Shown piece by piece: positions 1 through 9,163 of a DNA stretch of 64,000 nucleotides. Positions within the stretch are counted from its first letter, which is position 1, and the number at the start of each line of letters is the position of its first letter. The notes under the pieces were generated by a model that made no database searches, was not told where the DNA came from, and was given only the letters and a program-made list of their open reading frames with translations. Origin of the DNA: an uncultured Clostridia bacterium (GTDB lineage Bacteria > Bacillota > Clostridia > Christensenellales > Borkfalkiaceae); assembly GCA_944372575.1 (NCBI GenBank), contig CALVZS010000007.1, forward strand, positions 10,132 to 74,131, given 5' to 3'. Position numbers and translations under genes: made by a program.

Positions 1-37
1 ATATAATAAATCAAAATCAACGCCCGGAGGTGAGCGC

Positions 38-529
38 ATGAACAGGCTGGAGAAGGACATTCTCGGCATCCTGCAGGCGGACAGCCGTACGCAGGCCAAG
101 GAGATCGCCGTCATGCTCGGAGCAGAGGAGCAGGCGGTGAAGGATGCCGTGCGCGCAATGGAAAAGCGCGGGACGATCGTCAAATACACCGCGATCGCCA
201 ATCTTGACGAGGAGGAGGATGAGTGCGTCGAGGCGCTCATCGAAGTCAAGATCGCGCCGCGCAGCGGCTCCGGGTTTGACGGCGTGGCGGAGGAGATCGC
301 CGCCCATGAGGAGGTCAAGACGCTCTATCTCATGAGCGGGGCGTACGATCTTCTCGTCATCGTGGAGGCGCATTCCATCCGGGCGGTCTCACGCTTCGTT
401 TCGGACTGCATCTCCACGTTCGACTGCGTGCTGTCCACCGCGACGCATTTCATTCTCAAAAAGTACAAGATCGAGGGAGCGCTCACGTCAAAACGCGACA
501 GGCACCGCAGGCTGCCCGTGCAGGCATGA
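38..529 (+). CDS. Lrp/AsnC family transcriptional regulator
   Basis: 163 aa. N-terminal HTH (LEKDILGILQADSRTQAKEIAVMLG) plus AsnC-type C-terminal domain. Stop overlaps the start of the next gene (ATGA). Confidence 0.85.
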   Translation: MNRLEKDILGILQADSRTQAKEIAVMLGAEEQAVKDAVRAMEKRGTIVKYTAIANLDEEEDECVEALIEVKIAPRSGSGFDGVAEEIAAHEEVKTLYLMSGAYDLLVIVEAHSIRAVSRFVSDCISTFDCVLSTATHFILKKYKIEGALTSKRDRHRRLPVQA

Positions 530-1704
530 GAGATTTCCTCACCGGGCGCGCCAAGGCGCTCAGACCCAGCGGGATCAGAAAGTACTTTGACATCGTGGAG
601 ACGCTGCCCGACGCCATCTCCCTCGGCGTGGGCGAACCCGACTTCGTGACCCCCTGGGACATCCGTTCGGCGGGCATCCGCTCGCTGCAGAAGGGGTATA
701 CCTCCTATACGGGAAACCGCGGGCTGAAGGAGCTGCGCGAGCTCATCGCGCGCTATCTTTCCGAGCGCTTCGGGGCGGAATATCCCGCCGATGCGATCAT
801 CGTCACGGTGGGGGCGAGCGAGGGGATCGACCTCGCCCTGCGCACCACCTGCGAGGCGGGGGATGAGGTGCTCATCCCCGATCCCGCCTATGTCTCCTAT
901 GCGCCCATCGTCGAGCTGTGCGGGGGGATCCCCGTCTCAGTTCCCTGTTCGGCGGAGAACGGCTTCATCCTCACGCCCGAGGCGCTCTCCTGCGCCGTCA
1001 CCGCGCGCACCAAGTCGCTCATACTGGCATATCCCAACAATCCGACGGGCGCCGTCATGACGCGCGCGCAGCTGGAGGCGATCGTCCCCGTCATCGAACA
1101 AAACGACCTTCTCGTCATCTCGGACGAGATCTATGCCGAGCTCACCTACGGCGGGCATCATTGCTCCTTTGCCTCCCTGCCCGGGATGAAGGAGCGCACC
1201 GTACTGCTCTCCGGTTTTTCCAAGGCGTTCGCCATGACGGGCTGGCGCATCGGCTATGCCTGCGCGCCCGCCGCGATCGACGCCGCCATGCTCAAGGTGC
1301 ATCAGTACACCATGCTCTGTGCGCCGCGTGTCGCGCAGCACGCCGCCGTGGCGGCGCTTGCGGGCGGCTTTGCGGACGGGTTTGCCGCCGTCGCGCAGAT
1401 GCGCACGGAATACGACCGCCGCCGCCGCTTCCTCGTGGATGCGCTGCGGGGGATGGGGCTCTCCTGTTTTGAGCCGCGCGGGGCGTTCTACGTCTTTCCC
1501 GGCGTCGCCGCCACCGGCCTTACGGGCGAGCAGTTTGCCGAGCGGCTTCTGGCGCAGGAACAGGTCGCCGTCGTGCCGGGCAGCGCCTTCGGTGCGTGCG
1601 GCGTATTTCATGTGCGCTGTTCGTACGCCACGGGCATGGATGAGCTCAGGGAGGCCGCCGCGCGCATGGTGCGTTTTGTGGAAAATATCGGGAAAAATGC
1701 GTAA
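526..1704 (+). CDS. PLP-dependent aminotransferase, class I/II (AspC-like)
   Basis: 392 aa. Has the SGFSKAFAMTGWRIGY PLP-lysine motif and YPNNPTG motif. Translationally coupled to the Lrp regulator. Confidence 0.9.
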   Translation: MRDFLTGRAKALRPSGIRKYFDIVETLPDAISLGVGEPDFVTPWDIRSAGIRSLQKGYTSYTGNRGLKELRELIARYLSERFGAEYPADAIIVTVGASEGIDLALRTTCEAGDEVLIPDPAYVSYAPIVELCGGIPVSVPCSAENGFILTPEALSCAVTARTKSLILAYPNNPTGAVMTRAQLEAIVPVIEQNDLLVISDEIYAELTYGGHHCSFASLPGMKERTVLLSGFSKAFAMTGWRIGYACAPAAIDAAMLKVHQYTMLCAPRVAQHAAVAALAGGFADGFAAVAQMRTEYDRRRRFLVDALRGMGLSCFEPRGAFYVFPGVAATGLTGEQFAERLLAQEQVAVVPGSAFGACGVFHVRCSYATGMDELREAAARMVRFVENIGKNA

Positions 1705-1719
1705 CGGCGGGCAAAGCGG

Positions 1720-1748
1720 TTGACAAATCGGCGCAAACGGCATATAAT
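1720..1748 (+). promoter_or_regulatory. sigma-A type promoter upstream of greA (TTGACA-17-TATAAT)
   Basis: TTGACA at 1720-1725 and TATAAT at 1743-1748, with exact 17-nt spacing. Confidence 0.7.
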
Positions 1749-1881
1749 ATAGAAACGTGAAACCCGTGATTTCCCTTTTGGGGGGAATCACGGGTCTTTC
1801 GGATATTCCCGCAAACATCAGCTGCGGGAAGAGTTTGAATCCCGCGCACGAACGCGGAAAAAAGCGAGGGTAAGAAAAAAG

Positions 1882-2346
1882 ATGGCAGAATTTCTCATGA
1901 CCCGGCAGGGGTATGACGAGGCGGTCAAAAAGCTCGACTATCTGCGCAAGGTCAAGCGCGAGGAGATCGTGCGCCGCATCGCCGAGGCGCGCAGCCACGG
2001 CGATCTCTCGGAGAACGCGGAGTACGACGCCGCGCGCAACGAGCAGGCGGCAAACGAACTTGCGATCGAGGAACTGGACTTTCAGATCAAGAACGCAAAG
2101 GTCATCGAGGAGAGCGGGGACAACTCCGCCGTTCACTTCGGCTCCGTCGTCACCGTCCACGATGTGGACTTCGACGAGGACGTCGAGTACACCATCATGG
2201 GTACCACGGAGGCGGATCCCATGAAGAACATCATCTCCAACGAGTCCCCCGTGGGCGCGGCGCTCATGGGCAGAAAGGCGGGGGAGACGGTCACCGTCCA
2301 GGCCCCCAACGGCGAATACAAGCTGAAGATCCTCAAGATCAACTGA
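1882..2346 (+). CDS. greA: transcription elongation factor GreA
   Basis: 154 aa. LTRQGYDEAVKKLDYL...HGDLSENAEYDAAR coiled-coil and C-terminal FKBP-like domain, typical of GreA. Confidence 0.95.
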   Translation: MAEFLMTRQGYDEAVKKLDYLRKVKREEIVRRIAEARSHGDLSENAEYDAARNEQAANELAIEELDFQIKNAKVIEESGDNSAVHFGSVVTVHDVDFDEDVEYTIMGTTEADPMKNIISNESPVGAALMGRKAGETVTVQAPNGEYKLKILKIN

Positions 2347-2349
2347 CGT

Positions 2350-3837
2350 ATGGAAGAGAACATCACCGCTCCGGAGGAGGCGCTCATCGAACAGGCGCGC
2401 ATCCGCCGCGACAAACTTAAAAAACTCATCGAAGAGGGGAACAACCCCTACGCAAAGACCAAGTACGCCGTCACCGTCCGTTCGCAGCAGGTGAAGGCGG
2501 ATTTTGCCGCGTGGGAGGGGCAGGAGGTGTCCGTCGCGGGCCGCCTCATGTCCCGCCGTGTGATGGGCAAGGCTTCCTTTTCCCACATCCGCGACGGCGA
2601 GGGGGACATCCAGATCTACGTCACCCGCCAGGACGTGGGCGAGGTCGTGTATCAGTCCTACAAAAAGGACTTTGACATCGGCGACATCGTGGGCGTCAGA
2701 GGCACCGTGTTCAAAACGCAGACAGGGGAGGTGACCATCCATGCCACCCGGCTCGAGATGCTCACCAAGTCCCTTCTGCCCCTGCCCGAAAAGTACAACG
2801 GGCTGCAGAATGTGGACATGAAGTACCGCCTGCGCCACGTCGACCTCATCATGAACGCGGACGTGCGCGAGACCTTCCGCCGCCGCGCCGCCATCCTGCG
2901 CGAGATCCGCGCTTATCTGGACGGACACGGCTACATGGAAGTGGAGACGCCCGTTCTGCTGACGCTGGAGATCGGCGCGGACGCGCGCCCCTTCAAGACG
3001 CACCACAACGCGCTCGACATCGATATGTATCTGCGCATCGAGACGGAGCTGTATTTGAAGCGCCTCATCGTGGGCGGGTACGAAAGGGTGTACGAGGTGG
3101 GGCGGATCTTCCGCAACGAGGGCATGGATTCCTCCCACAACCCCGAGTTCACCACCATCGAAATGTACCAGGCGTACGTCGATTACCGCTACATGATGGA
3201 CTTCATCGAGGGGCTGTACAAGCACGTCGCCGAGAAGGTGTGCGGCACGCTGCAGGTACCCTTCCGCGGCAACGTCATCGACCTCTCCCATTGGGAGCGG
3301 CTGACCATGACCGAGGCGGTGCAAAAATATGCGGGCGTGGATTTTTCCGCCATCTCCTCCGATGAGGAGGCGCTCGCCGCCGCAAAGGCGCACGGCGTGG
3401 AGGTGGAAAAGGGGAAGGAGGACAGGGGCCACATCCTTGCCGCCTTCTTCGACGCCTTCGTGGAGGACAAGCTCATCCAGCCCACCTTCATCTATGACTA
3501 TCCCGTGGAGATCAGCCCGCTCGCCAAGCGCAGGCCGGAGGATCCCTCGATGACCGAACGCTTCGAGTACTTCATCAGCGGCATGGAGATGGGCAACGCC
3601 TTCTCCGAGCTCAACGACCCCATCGACCAGCGCGCGCGCATGGAGGCGCAGGCGGCGGCAAAGCGCGCCCAGGGCGCCAATGCCGAGGTAGATGAGGACT
3701 TTCTGAATGCGCTCGAATACGGAATGCCGCCCACGGGGGGGCTGGGCATGGGCGTCGACCGCCTTGTCATGCTGCTCACGGACAGTGCAAGCATCCGCGA
3801 CGTGCTGCTCTTCCCCACCATGAAACCCAAGAAGTAA
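2350..3837 (+). CDS. lysS: lysine--tRNA ligase (class II)
   Basis: 495 aa. N-terminal OB anticodon-binding domain and class II motifs (FRNEGMD, GGLGMGVDRLVMLL). Confidence 0.97.
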   Translation: MEENITAPEEALIEQARIRRDKLKKLIEEGNNPYAKTKYAVTVRSQQVKADFAAWEGQEVSVAGRLMSRRVMGKASFSHIRDGEGDIQIYVTRQDVGEVVYQSYKKDFDIGDIVGVRGTVFKTQTGEVTIHATRLEMLTKSLLPLPEKYNGLQNVDMKYRLRHVDLIMNADVRETFRRRAAILREIRAYLDGHGYMEVETPVLLTLEIGADARPFKTHHNALDIDMYLRIETELYLKRLIVGGYERVYEVGRIFRNEGMDSSHNPEFTTIEMYQAYVDYRYMMDFIEGLYKHVAEKVCGTLQVPFRGNVIDLSHWERLTMTEAVQKYAGVDFSAISSDEEALAAAKAHGVEVEKGKEDRGHILAAFFDAFVEDKLIQPTFIYDYPVEISPLAKRRPEDPSMTERFEYFISGMEMGNAFSELNDPIDQRARMEAQAAAKRAQGANAEVDEDFLNALEYGMPPTGGLGMGVDRLVMLLTDSASIRDVLLFPTMKPKK

Positions 3838-3931
3838 AACAGTGCCGGCACGAAATGTTCCGTGCCTTTTGGCGTATCGGCGCCTCTGCGCCGCGCCGCG
3901 CCGCAGGACAGCGTAATAGGAGGTACCGCTC

Positions 3932-4903
3932 TTGGACGCTCGCATCACAAAACAGAGGCTTTCCAACCTCATTTCCTACGACTGGCTGAAGATGCTCGGC
4001 ACCATCCTTGCATTCATTCTGGTGCTCGTCCTGCTCTTCACGATGACGGCGACCCGCCCCCGGCAGGATCAGGAGTATGCGATCTACGCGCACACCGATC
4101 TGCAGGCGGACACGGCGTTTTCCGGCCTCGGCGACACGCTCCTCGGGCGGGAGGTCTTTTCCTATGACATCCTCACGGTGACGGCGGAGAGCTTCTCCGG
4201 CAACAGCTATGCCTCCTCCGTCTTTCAGGCGCGCCGCGCCGCAGGGCAGGGGACGGTCATGTTCATGACGGACAACCCCACCTATGAGACGGATGAGGAG
4301 GGCAACTACGTCCTCGGCGACGACGGGCAGCCCGTCATCTCGGCGCAGTCGGAGCTGTACAGCTTTGCCGGCGGCAGCGCGGTCACGGCGGACGCCTCCT
4401 CTCCGAGTGCCATCTACGATACGGTCTATTATCTGGAAATGTGCGAGGAGTATCTTGCGCAGTTCTTCGGCGGCGACTGGGAGACGGACGCTGCCTTTGA
4501 CGGCTCCACATCGCCCGAGCAGAGTTTTGAGAGGCGCAACGGGGAGGACAAGCGCTATCGCACGCAGGAGCAGCGGGTGCAGGGTGTGGAAGAGGAGCGC
4601 GATCGGCTTTTAAAGCTGCGCGAGAACTACCTCTTTGTGCGCGACGCCTTTGCGGACGGCACGCTCTCGCATACGGCATACGATTTTGAAGGGGAGGACG
4701 GCACGGTGACGACGCTCCATCTCGGCATCGACGTGGGCGGGCTCAACGGGCTCAAGAATCTTGTCTACTACACGGACGGGGAGGGCAGCCGCACAACGGA
4801 GAATGTCAACCTCGTCATCCTCTACAACAACTACCTCTTCGGCCAGGATCTCAACTTTGAGACGGTGTCCTTCCTGCGCTATCTCGTGGAAACATACCGG
4901 TGA
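3932..4903 (+). CDS. hypothetical membrane-anchored protein
   Basis: 323 aa. One N-terminal TM helix (MLGTILAFILVLVLLFTM) followed by an acidic extracytoplasmic domain. No motif recognised. Confidence 0.6.
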   Translation: MDARITKQRLSNLISYDWLKMLGTILAFILVLVLLFTMTATRPRQDQEYAIYAHTDLQADTAFSGLGDTLLGREVFSYDILTVTAESFSGNSYASSVFQARRAAGQGTVMFMTDNPTYETDEEGNYVLGDDGQPVISAQSELYSFAGGSAVTADASSPSAIYDTVYYLEMCEEYLAQFFGGDWETDAAFDGSTSPEQSFERRNGEDKRYRTQEQRVQGVEEERDRLLKLRENYLFVRDAFADGTLSHTAYDFEGEDGTVTTLHLGIDVGGLNGLKNLVYYTDGEGSRTTENVNLVILYNNYLFGQDLNFETVSFLRYLVETYR

Positions 4904-6120
4904 TGCGCTGTCACATCGTGCGGATGCTGCGTGCGCAGAGGCGGCACACCTCCTTTCATACGCCCGGCCACAAGCGCCCGGGCGCGGACATCACGGAGCT
5001 GCCCTATTCGGACGACCTGTCCGACCCGACGGGCGTCATCGCCGCCGCACAGGCGGACGCTGCGCGCATCCTCGGCTCGGACGGCAGTTTTTTTCTGACG
5101 GATGGCTCGACGAGCGGCGTCTTTTCTATGCTCTATGCGCTGCGCCTGCGCGGCTGCCGGCGCATCTGCGTGCCGACGTATGCGCACAAGAGCGTCTTTC
5201 ACGCGTGCGAAGCGCTGGGGCTCGACCCCGTTCTGCTCGCGCAGGAGAGCGCGCAGGGTTATCCCGCCCAGCCCGGACAAAGGGCGCTGGAAGAGGGGCT
5301 CGCGCAGGCGGACGCCCTGCTGCTCACCTCCCCTGACTACTATGGGTTTTTCGCCCCGCTGCGGCAGGCGCGCGCGCTCTGCGACGCGCAGGGCAAGCCG
5401 CTCGCGGCGGACGGCGCGCACGGCGCGCATCTGCACTTCACGTCCGCCTATGCGGGCAGGTACGCCGACCTCTGGGTGGACGGCGTGCACAAGTCCCTGC
5501 CCGCCCTCACGCAGGGAGCGGTCGTCTCGGCAAGGGGAGCATGGGTGGCGCCCCTGCAGGAGGCGGTGGGGTATTTCCGCACCTCCTCTCCCTCCTATCC
5601 CATTCTGGCGAGCGTCGAATACGCCGTCAAGTATCCGCGCAACCTCGCCGTTGAGCGGGCGGCGGAGAAGGCAAAGCGCGCGCTCGGCGCGCTCGCAAAC
5701 GACGACTGGACAAAGATCGTGCTGCCCTTCGGCGCTTCGGCGGACGCCGCCGAGGCGTATCTCGAAAGGCACGGCGTCTATCCCGAATTCAACGACGGGA
5801 ACTATCTCATGTTCTATCTCTCGCCCGCCAGCCGGGTAGGCGACGTCAGAAAACTCGTCCGCCTCACACGCGGCCTGCACCGTGAGCCGGTCTGCGCCGC
5901 CCCCGCCCTTGCGGGGCGCGCGGCGGGGGAGGTCGCGGAGGTCTCGCCCGAGGAGGCGGTGGGACGCACCTGCGCGCGTGCGTGCGGCATCGTGCCGCCC
6001 TGCGTGCCGCTCATCGCGGCGGGAGAAGTGGTCACCGCGCAGAAGGCGGCGCGCCTGAAGGGGGCGCGGCACACCTTCGGACTCAGAGACGGCAGGATCG
6101 CCGTCTACCGGGAGCAATGA
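4900..6120 (+). CDS. Orn/Lys/Arg decarboxylase family protein (YaaO-like)
   Basis: 406 aa. FHTPGHK motif near the N-terminus. Sits next to holB/yaaT as in B. subtilis. ATGA overlap with the upstream gene. Confidence 0.75.
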   Translation: MMRCHIVRMLRAQRRHTSFHTPGHKRPGADITELPYSDDLSDPTGVIAAAQADAARILGSDGSFFLTDGSTSGVFSMLYALRLRGCRRICVPTYAHKSVFHACEALGLDPVLLAQESAQGYPAQPGQRALEEGLAQADALLLTSPDYYGFFAPLRQARALCDAQGKPLAADGAHGAHLHFTSAYAGRYADLWVDGVHKSLPALTQGAVVSARGAWVAPLQEAVGYFRTSSPSYPILASVEYAVKYPRNLAVERAAEKAKRALGALANDDWTKIVLPFGASADAAEAYLERHGVYPEFNDGNYLMFYLSPASRVGDVRKLVRLTRGLHREPVCAAPALAGRAAGEVAEVSPEEAVGRTCARACGIVPPCVPLIAAGEVVTAQKAARLKGARHTFGLRDGRIAVYREQ

Positions 6121-6121
6121 T

Positions 6122-7057
6122 ATGCGCAAGCTCTTTCGCACGACAACGGCATACCGCGCCCTCGCGGAGGGCGCAGGGAAGGGGGAGGCGCACTTCACGC
6201 TCGTCCTCTTTCCGGACGCCGTTTATCTGCGCCCCTTCCTCACCGAGTGCGCCAAGGCGTTCTTCGGCGCGGAGGACGGCTCGCGCACGGCGCGCCTCAT
6301 CGAGGCGGAGAGCTATTCGGACTGCCTCTTCTATCCTGCGGCGGGCGGCAAACTCACGGCGGAACTTGCGGGGCGGATCTCGGATGAGAGCGTGCTGCAG
6401 CCCGTCGAGGGGGACAGGAAGCTCTTTGTGCTGGACGCCTTCCAGACGGTCACGCCCCTCGTGCAGAACAAGCTCTTAAAGCTTCTGGAGGAGCCGCCGC
6501 AGGGGGTGTACTTCCTTGCGGGGGCAACGGCGGAGCACACCGTCCTCTCCACCGTGCTTTCCCGCGCCAACGTGCGCCGGGTGGAGCCCTTTGCGGAGGC
6601 GCCCCTTGCGGAGGCGCTCGCGCGCCTGCACCCCGGGGCGGCGGGCATCCGCGCGGCGGCTGCCGCGAGCGGCGGCATCCTGTCCGTTGCCGAACAGCTG
6701 CTCGCGGGCGGCGGCGAGGACTTCCGCCTCGCCGAGCGCTTCCTCGCGGGCGGGGACGTCACACAGGTCTGCCGTGCGGCGGGGGAGCGGGGCAAGTCTT
6801 TCTTCGCGGCGGTGCGCCTCGCTCTGCGCGACGCGATGTTCTATGCGGCGGGGGAGCGGAAGTATCTCGTCCTGCCCGCATCCGAGATCGCGCCCGTCGC
6901 CGCGCGCTGCGGCCTGCAGGCGGCGGCTGCGCTGCGCTTTGCCGCGGAGGCGGAGCGCGAACTGCAATTCAATTCCAATCCCGCGCAGGCGGCGCTCACG
7001 CTCGCTCTGCGTATTCAGGGGGTGTGCGGAGCGGAGGCGCCCGGCACTTTCCGATAA
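6122..7057 (+). CDS. holB: DNA polymerase III subunit delta-prime
   Basis: 311 aa. LLKLLEEPPQGVYFL clamp-loader motif and conserved holB-yaaT context. Confidence 0.75.
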   Translation: MRKLFRTTTAYRALAEGAGKGEAHFTLVLFPDAVYLRPFLTECAKAFFGAEDGSRTARLIEAESYSDCLFYPAAGGKLTAELAGRISDESVLQPVEGDRKLFVLDAFQTVTPLVQNKLLKLLEEPPQGVYFLAGATAEHTVLSTVLSRANVRRVEPFAEAPLAEALARLHPGAAGIRAAAAASGGILSVAEQLLAGGGEDFRLAERFLAGGDVTQVCRAAGERGKSFFAAVRLALRDAMFYAAGERKYLVLPASEIAPVAARCGLQAAAALRFAAEAERELQFNSNPAQAALTLALRIQGVCGAEAPGTFR

Positions 7058-7068
7058 GGAGGTCTTTT

Positions 7069-8175
7069 ATGGCACAGGTTGTCGTAGTCAAATTCAGAAA
7101 GGGCTGCAAGCCCTATTATTTCGGTGCGGGCGGACTGACGCTCGAAAAAGATCAGGGCGTCATCGTGGAAACGGCGCGCGGGCTGGAATACGCCGTCGTC
7201 GTCGATCCCCTGCGGGAGGTGGCGGACGACGCCGTCGTGCAGCCGCTCAAGAATGTCATCCGCGCCGCCACGCCGGGGGATGAAGCGGTGCTCGCCGAAC
7301 ACGATGCCCGCCGGCCCGAGGCGATGAAGATCTGCAAGGAGAAGATCGTCGCGCGCAATCTTCCCATGAAACTCATCGACTGCGAATTTACCTTTGACGG
7401 CAGCAAGGTGGTGTTCACCTTCACATCGGAGGGGCGCGTCGATTTCCGCGAGCTCGTGCGCGATCTGGCGAGCGTGTTCCATCTGCGCATCGAACTCCGG
7501 CAGGTGGGCATCCGCGACGAGGCGAAGATCCTGGGCGGCATTGCCCCCTGCGGCAGAGAGGTGTGCTGCGCGGGCTGTATGCCCGACTTCAAGAAGGTCA
7601 GCATCAAGATGGCGAAAAACCAGGGGCTCTCCCTCAACCCCGGCAAGATCAGCGGGCTGTGCGGCAGGCTCATGTGCTGCCTCGCCTACGAGGACGAGTA
7701 TTACGCCTCGGTCTGCAAGCAGGTTCCCAAGCTCGGCGCGAGCGTCTCCACGCCGGAGGGGCGCGGCAGCGTCGTCTCCGTCAACATGCTCAAGATGGAG
7801 GTGCGCGTCAAGATCGAGCGGGACGGCGTGTTCGTCTACAGGGACTTCCCCGCCGATCAGGTACACCGCGGCGAGGCGGCCGACCGCGCTCCCGCCGGCC
7901 AGGAACGAGTGGAGCAGGAAACGGAAGATGCGCCTGCCGCCGCGCAGAGCGCACAGCGTCCGGCGCGCGAATCTGCCGACGAGCACAGGGAAAAACGTCG
8001 CCAGGGCCGCGACGGCCGGGAGGCGCAGCCCGCGCGGCCGCCGCACGCAAAGGGCGCAGGGCGTACACAGCGCGATGCGTCCCGTCCCGCGCACAGGAAT
8101 GCCGCTTCTCCCGCGCCCGCGAAGAAAGAGCCGTCGCCCGCGGGAGAGACGCCCTCTTCCGAGAAAAATTCCTGA
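7069..8175 (+). CDS. ricT: PSP1 domain protein (RicT/YaaT-like, stage 0 sporulation) with long disordered C-terminal tail
   Basis: Start moved to the ATG at 7069, preceded by AAGGAGG. MAQVVVVKFRKGCKPYYF plus the Cys-rich CGREVCCAGC...CGRLMCCL PSP1 core. The last ~100 aa are R/A/P/E-rich low complexity. Confidence 0.85.
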   Translation: MAQVVVVKFRKGCKPYYFGAGGLTLEKDQGVIVETARGLEYAVVVDPLREVADDAVVQPLKNVIRAATPGDEAVLAEHDARRPEAMKICKEKIVARNLPMKLIDCEFTFDGSKVVFTFTSEGRVDFRELVRDLASVFHLRIELRQVGIRDEAKILGGIAPCGREVCCAGCMPDFKKVSIKMAKNQGLSLNPGKISGLCGRLMCCLAYEDEYYASVCKQVPKLGASVSTPEGRGSVVSVNMLKMEVRVKIERDGVFVYRDFPADQVHRGEAADRAPAGQERVEQETEDAPAAAQSAQRPARESADEHREKRRQGRDGREAQPARPPHAKGAGRTQRDASRPAHRNAASPAPAKKEPSPAGETPSSEKNS

Positions 8176-8203
8176 AAATCGTGTGCGAATTTGGGCAAAA
8201 GAC

Positions 8204-8232
8204 TTTACGTGCGCCGAAAGTTGTGGTATAAT
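8204..8232 (+). promoter_or_regulatory. promoter of ferredoxin gene (TTTACG-17-TGgTATAAT)
   Basis: Extended -10 TGgTATAAT ending at 8232. -35-like TTTACG at 8204-8209. Confidence 0.6.
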
Positions 8233-8264
8233 ACACATACAAGATCATATTGGAGGTTGTCGAA

Positions 8265-8435
8265 ATGGCTCATGTAATTTCGGATGATTGCATCTCCTGC
8301 GGCGCTTGCGCAGATACCTGCCCCGTCGGCGCGATCGCTCCCGGCGACAGCAAGTACGTCGTCGATCCCGATGCCTGCATCGACTGCGGCGCCTGCGAAG
8401 ACGGCTGCCCCGTCGGCGCGATCAAGGCGGAGTAA
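8265..8435 (+). CDS. 2x[4Fe-4S] ferredoxin
   Basis: 56 aa starting from the ATG at 8265 (GGAGG 8 nt upstream). Two CxxCxxCxxxCP motifs (CISCGACADTCP, CIDCGACEDGCP). Confidence 0.9.
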   Translation: MAHVISDDCISCGACADTCPVGAIAPGDSKYVVDPDACIDCGACEDGCPVGAIKAE

Positions 8436-8450
8436 CCTGAGGAATTAAAA

Positions 8451-8479
8451 ATACCCGAGCGGCCCGCTCGGGTATTTTT
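8451..8479 (+). terminator. intrinsic terminator after ferredoxin
   Basis: 11-bp stem ATACCCGAGCG/CGCTCGGGTAT followed by a T-run. Confidence 0.8.
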
Positions 8480-8488
8480 CATAGACAT

Positions 8489-9163
8489 ATGCAAGTGGAA
8501 GAAGAACTGCTCATCGGCAATTACCGCATCCTGCAGGACACCGCGCTCTACCGCTTTACATCGGACGCGGTGCTTCTGGCGCGCTTCCTTTCCGCCAAAA
8601 AGGGGGAACGCGTCGCCGATTTCTGTTCGGGCAGCGGCATCGTGGGGCTGCATTTCTATGCGGAGAACCGGGGCGTGGAGCATGTCACCCTCTTTGAGAT
8701 GCAGCCCTCCCTGGCAGATATGAGCGCGCGCACCGTCGCCCTCAACCGCCTGGAGGAGGTGTTCACGGTGGAAAATATGCGCGTGCAGGACATCCCCGCG
8801 CGCTATGTCGAGGCGTTCTCGCTCATTCTGTGCAATCCGCCCTACGAGCGCGGCGGCTTTGCAAACGCCGACGCGGGGAAGGCGCTGTGCAGAAAGGAAC
8901 TCTCCCTCACGCTGGACGAGCTGTGCGCGGCGGCGGCAAGGGGGCTCAGGTACGGCGGCAGGTTCGCCCTCATCCACCGCGCCGACCGCCTGGCGGAGGT
9001 CATTTACACGCTGCACGCCCACGCGCTGGAGGTCAAAAAGATCCAACCCGTCGCGGGGAAGGAGGGCGCAAAACCGTACGCCGTGCTGGTCGCGGCGGTC
9101 AAGGGGGGCAGGCCGGGCTGCGAACTGCTGCCCGCCGTCGCCAACGAGAGGGGGAAGGTATGA
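8489..9163 (+). CDS. SAM-dependent methyltransferase, YabB/TrmN6-like
   Basis: 224 aa. DFCSGSGIVG SAM-binding loop and NPPY motif (LCNPPYE). Located upstream of rsmI as in B. subtilis yabB-yabC. Confidence 0.8.
   Translation: MQVEEELLIGNYRILQDTALYRFTSDAVLLARFLSAKKGERVADFCSGSGIVGLHFYAENRGVEHVTLFEMQPSLADMSARTVALNRLEEVFTVENMRVQDIPARYVEAFSLILCNPPYERGGFANADAGKALCRKELSLTLDELCAAAARGLRYGGRFALIHRADRLAEVIYTLHAHALEVKKIQPVAGKEGAKPYAVLVAAVKGGRPGCELLPAVANERGKV

Noticed and set aside
937-3972. 1011-aa minus-strand ORF antisense to the aminotransferase, greA and lysS.
   Set aside because: Typical GC-rich shadow ORF. The translation is Arg/Gly/Ala-rich low complexity, and it overlaps three confidently identified plus-strand genes.
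8830-9159. N-terminal extension of the rsmI track ORF. The same applies to 7024..7068 (ricT), 18904..18969 (rsmA), 42984..43112 (uvrA-like), 50720..50854 (ppx) and 54056..54142 (hydrolase).
   Set aside because: The extensions overlap upstream genes, promoters or terminators and lack SD sites. Internal ATG or GTG codons with SD sites give canonical N-termini.
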